DNA of 64,000 bases, from contig CAXXXF010000013.1 in the NCBI GenBank assembly GCA_963667175.2, positions 64,001-128,000 of the forward strand. The letters are read 5' to 3'. Below are positions 55,989 through 64,000 of this stretch, in pieces. The position numbers were made by a program, and so were the translations under genes. The notes beneath the pieces are model-generated. The model searched no databases and had not been told where the DNA came from. It was given only the letters and a program-made list of their open reading frames with translations. Positions within the stretch are counted from its first letter, which is position 1. Every line of letters begins with the position of its first letter. Source of the stretch: Candidatus Latescibacterota bacterium (lineage in GTDB: Bacteria; Latescibacterota; UBA2968; GCA-2709665).

Positions 55989-58838
55989 TTAACTGATTTC
56001 AGTCTCGACGATCTGTATTTCGTCCTCAGTCAGGTCGTACAAATCATAAACGAGACGATCGATCCGCTGATCTGTCGCAGCAATCTGGCGCTGGATAGTT
56101 GTCTTTTCGTGGTGCGTCTTCGCAATCGCATAGTGTCTGTGAAGAGACAATATCTGTTCGACCAATTCCACCATTTGGCTATGACAGGCCGTGCAAACGG
56201 GGTCGGAAGCATCGATGTTGGGGATGGGTATTTCGTCAAGATGGTTTTTTTTGAGTTGAGCGATACTTCTTTTATTCGTCACATATCTGTTTGTAAAGAG
56301 AAAGTTCACAACAGCCGAATTTAAAATGCCAAGCAGATACATAAAGTCAAGATTACTGCGGTTGTTAAATAAAAAATACAACGATTGCTCAGGAAATATC
56401 CCCGAGTCATCAAATGTAGCGAGTATTCGGGCTCCTGTTTTCCTCAGGAGGATTTTTGGTTTTGCTCCCAACTTTATCTTGTTCGTCGTGCGGCCCGTTA
56501 TGTTTTGTTGATTGAATTCAAACCAATATTTCTTCTTGAGAGCATATCTGCCTATGCTGTCTCCCTTTAACGTCTCGATCTGTAAGTTACTCGTCCTTTT
56601 TGAAGTAATAGAACTTGATCTTCCTCCGAATCCAGAAGTCGTCTCACAGAGGTTGCCCAAAGGGCAAACATTTGATGAAGATTCGATTTTTTTTATCACG
56701 TTCCTTATTTCAACATTCTCATAGTATTGAAAAGTATGGGTTGGACTCTGTTCAAACTCTCGCTGCGGAATGTCTAGAGACTCCTTTCCGTACTCTCCGA
56801 TCGCAACAAGCTCGTCTCGATCCGGGTTATTCTTGCGTCGAAAAACGAACACCAAGGTGTCGGCAGTAATTCGAGGAAACGGAACCTTATAAACCAGTGA
56901 TAGAACTTGACATTGTTTCAATATCTCTCTTCGCAATTTCTGGAACTGGGAGTTGAATCCTAATCGATCAGGTACGATATAACCAAAATAACCACCATCA
57001 ATAATCAGACGGATTCCTTGTGCGATGAAGTACTCGTACATATTGGGCATGTAGGTATTGCCGGAAAACTTCTCGATCATGTAGTCTATTTCGTGCTTAG
57101 GGTAAATTCCGGCACCGAATTTTCCTTTCAAAGAAATCCAAGGCGGATTTCCGATTACAGCGTTAAAACCGCCTACCTTCATTATTGCTTGAAATTCATC
57201 TTCCCAGTCGAAAACGTTGATTCTGAAACGTTCGTTTTCGTCGAGTAGACTCATCTGCTGTTCGACATAAATGTCTGGACCGATGAGGGAATTCCCGCAC
57301 TTGATATTGTTCCCCAAATCAGGTAGGGCACGTTCGCGGAAGAACCTGAACTGACGTGTCAGCGTTTGTTCAGTCTCCCCCTCCAGAACCTTCAGCAACA
57401 GCGATAGCTTGGTGACTTCCACCGCCTGCGAATCAATGTCGACACCGTAGATATTGTCTAAAAGAATTCGTTTTCTTTCGCCAGTTGTTAGCCGCCAACC
57501 GCCGCTCGCATCCTGTTGGAGGGAAGGTGAACGTCCCTTCGACCATTTTTCGGGACCGTTTTTTGTATAAAAATCGTAATGCCAGTCAAGCAAACACTGG
57601 TAAGCACCAATGAGAAAAGACCCGGAACCACAGGCCGGATCGAGGATCTTTAGCTTCCCGACCTGCTTAAGGGATTTTTCTTTCAGCAACTGACCCACCG
57701 TGTTCTCTATGATGTAGTCTACGACGTAGGTAGGGGTGTAGTAGACGCCTCCCGCCTTTTTTGCTTCGGGCTTGTCCTCCACGACTGCACGGTGCTGCGT
57801 TGTAAGACGAATTACCTTGCCCAAGAATTGCTCGTATACCTGCCCAAGAATGTCAGCGGACAATACCGAGAATTCATAGGGGCTTTCGGGATAGTAAAGG
57901 CTCTTGATGATTTGCTTTATCGTCCTGTCATCAATCGTTAAGCCAAAACTTATCACATCTGGGTGGCCTGACCTTTGTTTTTCGTCTCTATAGTGAAACA
58001 GACCTGAATTATAGCGTTCATCGGCCCGTCGAAACAAGTGGCAGAGACGTGCGTACACATTTCTACCATTCTGAAGCGCCATGAGCTGGCCATAGTCCTC
58101 TACACCTCGATCTTCACAAATGCGAAGAAAGATGATCCGGTCGATTGTTCGGCCGACGGTGAAGTTGAGTTCACGCTGGCTTAAGCTGGGATTCCGTAGG
58201 GCAATATTGCGCGCAAGTGCCGTTCGCCACGACTCTATTTCTTCCAAAAAAGACGAGTCGATCTCAGAGGTTCCCCTCTTTCCTTTGCTTGATTCAACAT
58301 ACTCGTCAAATGAACCCCTTAGGACCGAATCGCGTGAGTATACCGAATCGATTTCGTTCCACCTGTCGATGTAATCGGCGTAATTAATGTAGAAAATACG
58401 CGCGACTGCGGCGCGGTCCGCCTGCGTCGGCCTAACCCGGCAATCGTAAACTGCGAATTCCTCGAAGTCGGTGAGTATGCTAAGGGGTAGCTTAGCCGAC
58501 CAGGCATAGCGGCGAAGTTGATAGGCTGGATGGGTGTCGCCCTTGATGTCTACTGATGGCTTCTTTGCCTCGAGAAAGAATTTTCGAGTACCGCCTATTC
58601 GGAAACAATAATCTGGCGCCTTTGTCGCGCCACCGATTTTGATGGCGCCTTCATGGATGACGTCCTTGTATGCCTCTGCATAGCCCCGCTTATTGCTCAC
58701 ATCCCAGCCAAGAACTTCGAAAAATGGATCGAGAAACTCCCGCCTTAGTTGAGTCTCGTTGTATGACCCAGATCTGTACGAATCGCGATTACGGTCAAAA
58801 CGGTCGACCAGTTCAACTATCTCTTTTGGCGTAATCAT
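55989..58838 (-). CDS. Type IIG (Eco57I-like) restriction-modification enzyme: nuclease, N6-MTase and TRD
   Basis: N-terminal APDY...LEAKK; GVYYTP, DPACGSG and NPPW; TaqI_C-like tail (GILNS, IPIP). Confidence 0.9.
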   Translation of the reverse strand: MITPKEIVELVDRFDRNRDSYRSGSYNETQLRREFLDPFFEVLGWDVSNKRGYAEAYKDVIHEGAIKIGGATKAPDYCFRIGGTRKFFLEAKKPSVDIKGDTHPAYQLRRYAWSAKLPLSILTDFEEFAVYDCRVRPTQADRAAVARIFYINYADYIDRWNEIDSVYSRDSVLRGSFDEYVESSKGKRGTSEIDSSFLEEIESWRTALARNIALRNPSLSQRELNFTVGRTIDRIIFLRICEDRGVEDYGQLMALQNGRNVYARLCHLFRRADERYNSGLFHYRDEKQRSGHPDVISFGLTIDDRTIKQIIKSLYYPESPYEFSVLSADILGQVYEQFLGKVIRLTTQHRAVVEDKPEAKKAGGVYYTPTYVVDYIIENTVGQLLKEKSLKQVGKLKILDPACGSGSFLIGAYQCLLDWHYDFYTKNGPEKWSKGRSPSLQQDASGGWRLTTGERKRILLDNIYGVDIDSQAVEVTKLSLLLKVLEGETEQTLTRQFRFFRERALPDLGNNIKCGNSLIGPDIYVEQQMSLLDENERFRINVFDWEDEFQAIMKVGGFNAVIGNPPWISLKGKFGAGIYPKHEIDYMIEKFSGNTYMPNMYEYFIAQGIRLIIDGGYFGYIVPDRLGFNSQFQKLRREILKQCQVLSLVYKVPFPRITADTLVFVFRRKNNPDRDELVAIGEYGKESLDIPQREFEQSPTHTFQYYENVEIRNVIKKIESSSNVCPLGNLCETTSGFGGRSSSITSKRTSNLQIETLKGDSIGRYALKKKYWFEFNQQNITGRTTNKIKLGAKPKILLRKTGARILATFDDSGIFPEQSLYFLFNNRSNLDFMYLLGILNSAVVNFLFTNRYVTNKRSIAQLKKNHLDEIPIPNIDASDPVCTACHSQMVELVEQILSLHRHYAIAKTHHEKTTIQRQIAATDQRIDRLVYDLYDLTEDEIQIVETEIS

Positions 58839-59051
58839 ATTGGGATTCTCAGACTGTCAACATTGCCCTGCTGTCTGTCAAGAAAGTAAAGGCATGTTTA
58901 AACGCCGTATTTCGGTTTTCGCCTGTCCCACACAATTCTAGCCCAAAAAAATCCATCCGGTTTCACTAAAGCATAAAGGAACAGAAAGTACACGAGTACT
59001 CAGCGTTTTCGTCAATGATGGCATATAGCAGAGAAGACCCTATGACCGAGA

Positions 59052-60104
59052 TTATCTCTGACACAAGGCTGTTGGAGCCATTTCTCTAATGAATGATTCG
59101 TGATTGGATCTCTGCGGCAAAATCGTCCTGGGATCATCGAGATCGATAACTATGGTACCAGCACAACACTTTCGTCCTTCTCGACCTTGGGCGAATGAAT
59201 CATTCAAGTGTTTGGGCGATGAGGTTGGTAGCCCTGATGCGCAGTGTTCCGAAAGTTGCGTACAAGCGATCCAGACTTCGGCCAATTCCTCGCGTATTGC
59301 AGCGACGATTTCAGGTCGAGGCGTGCTGTGTCGACCCCGACCGATTGAGAAAATTACCATTGCCGGAGAAGCAAGCTCACAGAGGTCCTTTGCGAAAGCG
59401 CTCAAGTCCGTGGAACCCGTTCTGCCACCATGATGTGGAAATACAACAATAGGGGCAGTCGCGTCCACTTCAGAAGCGCGAAGGTCGTCCAGACCGATGT
59501 GATCAAGGTCGCCGGGAAGCAGTGCAATTGGCTTCCCGCCCTTTGATAATCGCGTAACTACACTCACCGAATTACTGGTCAGTTTTCGACCGATGCGGTC
59601 CGTGCTACCCGGGCCCTTCGCGGCAAGATACTTGCTTGGGCCGAGGATCTCGATCTGCACTTCGGTGCTATCGAGCTTCGCTTCACTGCCTCTCGTCAAA
59701 GACGTACTAAAATCAAGCTCACCCTTCAGGTCGGTACTGTCAAGCTCGTACAGGAGATCGTCCCAACGTTTAGACTTTTTCGCAGAGTCAGTATTCACAT
59801 GCACCGATCTGATGCGGAACATTCCGGATGACAGCAAATGAACCAGACCTGCGATGTGGTCATCATCCGCGTGAGAAAGCAATACTGAGTCAATTGCAGT
59901 GATTCCCTTCGCTAACAGGTACTCAAGTAAGGAACTTCCAAGACCCGTATCGATAACCACGACACAATGAGAGTCGATAAGGACTGCACTGTTACCATGT
60001 CCTACATCAAGGATGGCCAGACAATGATTAAGTGCAGGTTTCGAATTACCATTAGTCGGCTTCCCAGCTATCGAAGTAAAGTTCTTCATGTTTCTCGGCT
60101 CCAA
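59052..60104 (-). CDS. Metallo-beta-lactamase-fold hydrolase (ComEC/Rec2-like); start may be 60089
   Basis: LDVGHG, IDTG, SHADDDH, N..S, LLPGD and PHHG. Confidence 0.85.
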   Translation of the reverse strand: MEPRNMKNFTSIAGKPTNGNSKPALNHCLAILDVGHGNSAVLIDSHCVVVIDTGLGSSLLEYLLAKGITAIDSVLLSHADDDHIAGLVHLLSSGMFRIRSVHVNTDSAKKSKRWDDLLYELDSTDLKGELDFSTSLTRGSEAKLDSTEVQIEILGPSKYLAAKGPGSTDRIGRKLTSNSVSVVTRLSKGGKPIALLPGDLDHIGLDDLRASEVDATAPIVVFPHHGGRTGSTDLSAFAKDLCELASPAMVIFSIGRGRHSTPRPEIVAAIREELAEVWIACTQLSEHCASGLPTSSPKHLNDSFAQGREGRKCCAGTIVIDLDDPRTILPQRSNHESFIREMAPTALCQR

Positions 60105-60717
60105 CGTTTACGTGAGCATGAAGTCGCCTCTCTGGCTTTATAAGTGGTTGAATTTTCGGAGGCACGTCATCATACGAAACACGTATTTTTTCTCTTGAAC
60201 TCCAACCTGAGATGACAACGTAGAAATACTCCCTTTCATCCACCACTTCTTCGACTCGAACTTGCGTTCTCCAGGGCCTTCGACTCGGCTGAAATACCCC
60301 TCCAAATTCTCTGACGCATTGCTCAAAACCCTTTGCGATGTTTTCAGGATCGAGTTCACGGGGCTTTAACAGCGCCGGTATAAAGCGTCTACGGCTTCTC
60401 ATAAGGAAAACATCCACATCGGTGTAGCTTGTACAGAGTAAAGCTGGAAATCTTTTTCGGTAACAAGCGGCAACTAACTCGTCACCATTGAAATTCGCGT
60501 AATTCCCTTTCTTTCGCAGATGATAGTCGCACAGGACGGCATCCGCTCGAGTTGGTAACGCCTCCACAAACTGCTGCAGATTTTTGAGAGGCTTGGCCTG
60601 AGGGACAACTGTCAGTCCCAATTCCTCTATGGGGTATTCATAGCTATCCCTCGCTTCATTGTCGTCGTCGACGATTGAAACGCTTGCGAATGTCTTGTTG
60701 TCTATAAGCAATGGCAT
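60052..60717 (-). CDS. Response-regulator receiver domain plus unknown C-terminal domain
   Basis: IVDDD, LCDYHL (phospho-Asp), NGDEL, LCTSY and LLKP. Confidence 0.75.
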   Translation of the reverse strand: MPLLIDNKTFASVSIVDDDNEARDSYEYPIEELGLTVVPQAKPLKNLQQFVEALPTRADAVLCDYHLRKKGNYANFNGDELVAACYRKRFPALLCTSYTDVDVFLMRSRRRFIPALLKPRELDPENIAKGFEQCVREFGGVFQPSRRPWRTQVRVEEVVDEREYFYVVISGWSSREKIRVSYDDVPPKIQPLIKPERRLHAHVNVGAEKHEELYFDSWEAD

Positions 60718-60720
60718 TTC

Positions 60721-62787
60721 TCATACTCCCAGGATCGGTACATCGATTCGAATTTCGGCGCCTCCAAGTTTACTGCGTTCAATTGCATCGACTTCCCCGC
60801 CAAGATCCTTAACGGTGTCCCGGACGATAGTTAGACCAAGCCCCGTTCCATCTTTTCTTGTCGTCTGACCAGGCAACCAAATATCCTTCTTGGGTATTCC
60901 GTCGATGCCAGGACCATTGTCAAGAACCCTTAGCCTAAAAATCCCGCCGTCAACTTCGGTACGGAGAAGGATCATTCTTGCTTCTGTGGTGGAATGTTCA
61001 AATGCGATAAGACTATTGTTGATTAAATTCGTAACAATGGACTCTACCGCGGCCTCACTTCCACTCAAAAAAGGCGCGCCATCACAGAGACAAAGTTCAA
61101 CTTTAACGTTTCTTCCTTCGAGAAACGGTTGGAATGTCTCAATAACGCTCTCGATGACTGTGTGTAGATCGACGTGAGAGATTCTACGCTTTTCATGTTC
61201 AACGAGCTTGAGTGTCGCTTGCCCAAGTACCTCAAGGCTCGCAATCGCTCGATTGATCCCTTGAACTGGCTTAAGAAACAACCTGTCGTATGTATTGCGA
61301 AGTGCCTTTCTTGCGCGTCTCTCAATTGCATCTATGGACATCGTGATACTCTTTATTGGATTGGCATTCGACTCATGCGCAAAGGTTGCTGCTGTGATAC
61401 CGGCAGTACTGAGTGTCCGATAGAGCTGAACTTCATTCTGTAGATTTCGAACCTCTCGGTCTCTCGACCGGTCGTACGCATCCACAGCATCAGTCAACAA
61501 CTGTTGAGATTCCGTAGGTACTTTACTTATAGCAGCATTGAGATCTTGCTTCGATCTGCTCGTTTTCTTTGGTGCGTCGGTACGCGCCCTGGCTCTTCGT
61601 TTCTCGGCCACCTCCAACCTTCTCTTAGCCATCCATTCCATTGCATCTTGAGCAAACGACTTCATCTCAAGAAAGGCATCCCCTTCTATAAATCCGGATC
61701 GGTCCGTTTTTTGAACCAACAGATTCTCGGTATCGAAGATTCTGACCCGACCTATTGCTGTATTGGTGCTCGGCCGCTCCTCTGGACTCCTTACTCTACT
61801 TAGGTTCATTTCCAGCCAATCATCCCCAGGGTTACCGTAGGGCATAACTCGTAACCCATTATGATACAGGTGGACTCCACCGAATTCCTGGAGCCACGTC
61901 CGAACCTCACCAAGCGTGGATGAACGAGTCAAGAAAGTCGACCTATTCAATATGTAAACCCAGAGGTCAAACTTAACGACCGAACATCGATATTTTTTAT
62001 CGTCACGGGAAACGGTCAATTCGTCATTGTCAGCTGAGAACAATTCCTCGCCGCGCCAGTCGACAACGGACGCTCTGGCTGTGCCGGTGTTGTCTATTGA
62101 AGCGATTAAGTGGTACTCCGCATCACCAAAGTATCGCGTTTGAACAATCGCTTCGAGGTCTGAATACTCTTCCGCCTTTAATTGTGGCTTGAACCCTTCC
62201 GGGTCATCCCCGAATGGGTCGGCCAACAATACAAGCTCTCTAGCCAATCGCTTCACGTCGAGCCGCCCAATTCGATTACTCAAATCTTCCAAATATATCT
62301 CCGAACCCGGCTTTATTCTCTCGGGACAAGAGCTTTTCTCAATGGAAAGTGTAACTTCGTCGACGTGCTCAACGTCTTCAAATTCCCTCCAATCAATCAG
62401 CAGGTCGTACTGAGTGGCTTTCTCTGTCCTTGGGAAAGTTGTAAGGTAAGCGGACGAGCCCATACGCAATGCGGCCAGCCTCCCGAGGCCTTTGCTACCT
62501 GCGGGTACTCTGCCACGGCGCGTGCGTTGATTGGATGATTTTCCCGATCTTCCAATTACAAGCCATCCGTTTTCGATATCTTGCGCGCCCATACCGTCGC
62601 CGTCGTCGACGATTTTAACAGATCCTCCCGGTTGGTCAGTTTGGATCAATTCTATCCTGCAGGTGCGTGCATCCGCATCATATGCGTTCTTGACAAGCTC
62701 GATAATCCCCTTGTCGGGGCTAGGGTTTAATTCCTCGCCAAGTCGACGTAGAATGTCAGTTGCAAATCGTATTTGTACACTGCTCAT
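60721..62787 (-). CDS. MORC/MutL-type GHKL ATPase fused to a histidine kinase
   Basis: N-terminal ELVKNAYDA, DDGDGM and GSKGLGR; C-terminal FAHE (H-box), NLINNS, DNGPGI and GTGLGL. Confidence 0.88.
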   Translation of the reverse strand: MSSVQIRFATDILRRLGEELNPSPDKGIIELVKNAYDADARTCRIELIQTDQPGGSVKIVDDGDGMGAQDIENGWLVIGRSGKSSNQRTRRGRVPAGSKGLGRLAALRMGSSAYLTTFPRTEKATQYDLLIDWREFEDVEHVDEVTLSIEKSSCPERIKPGSEIYLEDLSNRIGRLDVKRLARELVLLADPFGDDPEGFKPQLKAEEYSDLEAIVQTRYFGDAEYHLIASIDNTGTARASVVDWRGEELFSADNDELTVSRDDKKYRCSVVKFDLWVYILNRSTFLTRSSTLGEVRTWLQEFGGVHLYHNGLRVMPYGNPGDDWLEMNLSRVRSPEERPSTNTAIGRVRIFDTENLLVQKTDRSGFIEGDAFLEMKSFAQDAMEWMAKRRLEVAEKRRARARTDAPKKTSRSKQDLNAAISKVPTESQQLLTDAVDAYDRSRDREVRNLQNEVQLYRTLSTAGITAATFAHESNANPIKSITMSIDAIERRARKALRNTYDRLFLKPVQGINRAIASLEVLGQATLKLVEHEKRRISHVDLHTVIESVIETFQPFLEGRNVKVELCLCDGAPFLSGSEAAVESIVTNLINNSLIAFEHSTTEARMILLRTEVDGGIFRLRVLDNGPGIDGIPKKDIWLPGQTTRKDGTGLGLTIVRDTVKDLGGEVDAIERSKLGGAEIRIDVPILGV

Positions 62788-64000
62788 TCGGCATCCCTCC
62801 ACCAAGGCAGATCCGCAATCGCTGACACTGTCAAGTGCCTACAGCAGATATATTGATCTAACCATTGGGTCGTCTTTGGATTCCGAAGAACTTCGAGTAG
62901 CTCGCGACAAGCCTCAATTGTCCCATCCATTGGGCGCAAGACAAGAAGATGATTCTCAACTGCAACGGCACTCTCCGTATTAACAATTGTCCCAAGCGCT
63001 CTGAATTTATCTCCCGGCCTTGAGGTCCGCCGAACCACAACAAATGGCGAAGCAATGACTTTGCCCTTAAACCTACGATATTGCGAAACTTCGCTGACCG
63101 TCTGCCATGATGATGAATTGCGAGCATGTACGAAAGGATGCGAAGGTCCTTCATGCGGGTCTCGATAGTCAACAACAGGACCGATACATACCTCGAACCA
63201 TTCCCCCACACTTGAAAGTGTCGGTCTAATTGGTCTACTCCAATGAAAACCATTCGATCCTTTAGTTTCTTCGTGAATCTCAACATCCAGAACAAATACA
63301 TCAACGTCGGTCCACCTATCAAACCTGCCATGTAATTCTATCCGATGCATTCTCGATCGTGATTCAACGAACTTTCGCCATTTTTCATACCGAGACCCAC
63401 TTCTGAGCACATCAGGCAATATTGCTACGATTCGTGTCCCACAATTCGCGTGGCGAATGCATGCCTCCATAAAGAGCGCGGCGGCATTTACCTTTCCGCT
63501 GGCCCAATTACAACTTTCAGGTGCGGTTGACAGACCGAAGGGTGGATTTACGACAATGTGTGTAGCCGCCTTGATCGCGTCCTCGTCCGAAATCCCGCAC
63601 GCACAGACAATCTTGGGAAACGTCTCTTGAACATTGGGGACACTACATTTATCCCGAATATTGTCGCGAAATGCAGCTAGTAAGAGCCTCGCCTTTGCGG
63701 CCTGAATGAACTTTGGATAGATGTCGCGGCCCATTATCTGGGCGCCCCAACTTTTCAGAGTAGTATCAAGATCGTTGTTTTTGCCTAATTTGGTAGCGCA
63801 TGTGATGAGCAAATCACCAGTGCCACATGCAGGATCCAAAATGACTGATCGATCGTCAATCGTACCAACGAAGGATTTCACCGCGATTTGTGATAAATCG
63901 GAACCCGTAAAGAAAGCACCCGACGTCCGTAGTTCCGTCAACGAAACGAGCCTGCGCAGTTCCTGCGCAGGCTGACCATCCAATGCGTCGTCGATGCGCG
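62784..64000 (-). CDS. N6-adenine DNA methyltransferase (5' end probably beyond the window)
   Basis: GAFFT, LDPACGTG and NPPF; its stop overlaps the kinase start (ATGA). Confidence 0.85.
   Translation of the reverse strand, partial: RIDDALDGQPAQELRRLVSLTELRTSGAFFTGSDLSQIAVKSFVGTIDDRSVILDPACGTGDLLITCATKLGKNNDLDTTLKSWGAQIMGRDIYPKFIQAAKARLLLAAFRDNIRDKCSVPNVQETFPKIVCACGISDEDAIKAATHIVVNPPFGLSTAPESCNWASGKVNAAALFMEACIRHANCGTRIVAILPDVLRSGSRYEKWRKFVESRSRMHRIELHGRFDRWTDVDVFVLDVEIHEETKGSNGFHWSRPIRPTLSSVGEWFEVCIGPVVDYRDPHEGPSHPFVHARNSSSWQTVSEVSQYRRFKGKVIASPFVVVRRTSRPGDKFRALGTIVNTESAVAVENHLLVLRPMDGTIEACRELLEVLRNPKTTQWLDQYICCRHLTVSAIADLPWWRDAE

Overview
GC-rich bacterial DNA. GWxTD-type TPR and dockerin/EF-hand-tailed proteins suggest a Latescibacterota-like host, but this is inference only. 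Four blocks: (1) 1-22 kb is a defence island with two divergent type I-G (I-U) CRISPR interference operons (csb1-csb2-cas3-cas8g). There is no cas1/cas4 and no full array, only a chimeric cas2 relic, plus AAA-ATPase/PD-(D/E)XK paralogues, TA genes and repeated small ORFs. (2) 22-34 kb holds secreted and catabolic genes, another AAA-nuclease copy and a RelE/HigA TA pair. (3) 34-56 kb is metabolic (2-oxoacid dehydrogenase E1/E2, yiaK, psd and others) with a MITE and an ORF-less group II intron. (4) 56-64 kb is lower-GC, with a type IIG R-M gene and an MTase-MORC/histidine kinase-receiver-MBL operon. Top observations: one Csb2 carries an in-frame phosphoribosyltransferase domain. That domain overprints a small ORF that also occurs as free-standing copies nearby. 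A single-spacer CRISPR-like RNA at about 17.96-18.04 kb matches the start site of the promoter upstream of cas operon 2, with a TTC PAM and mismatches only at positions 6, 12 and 18 of the first 20 nt.
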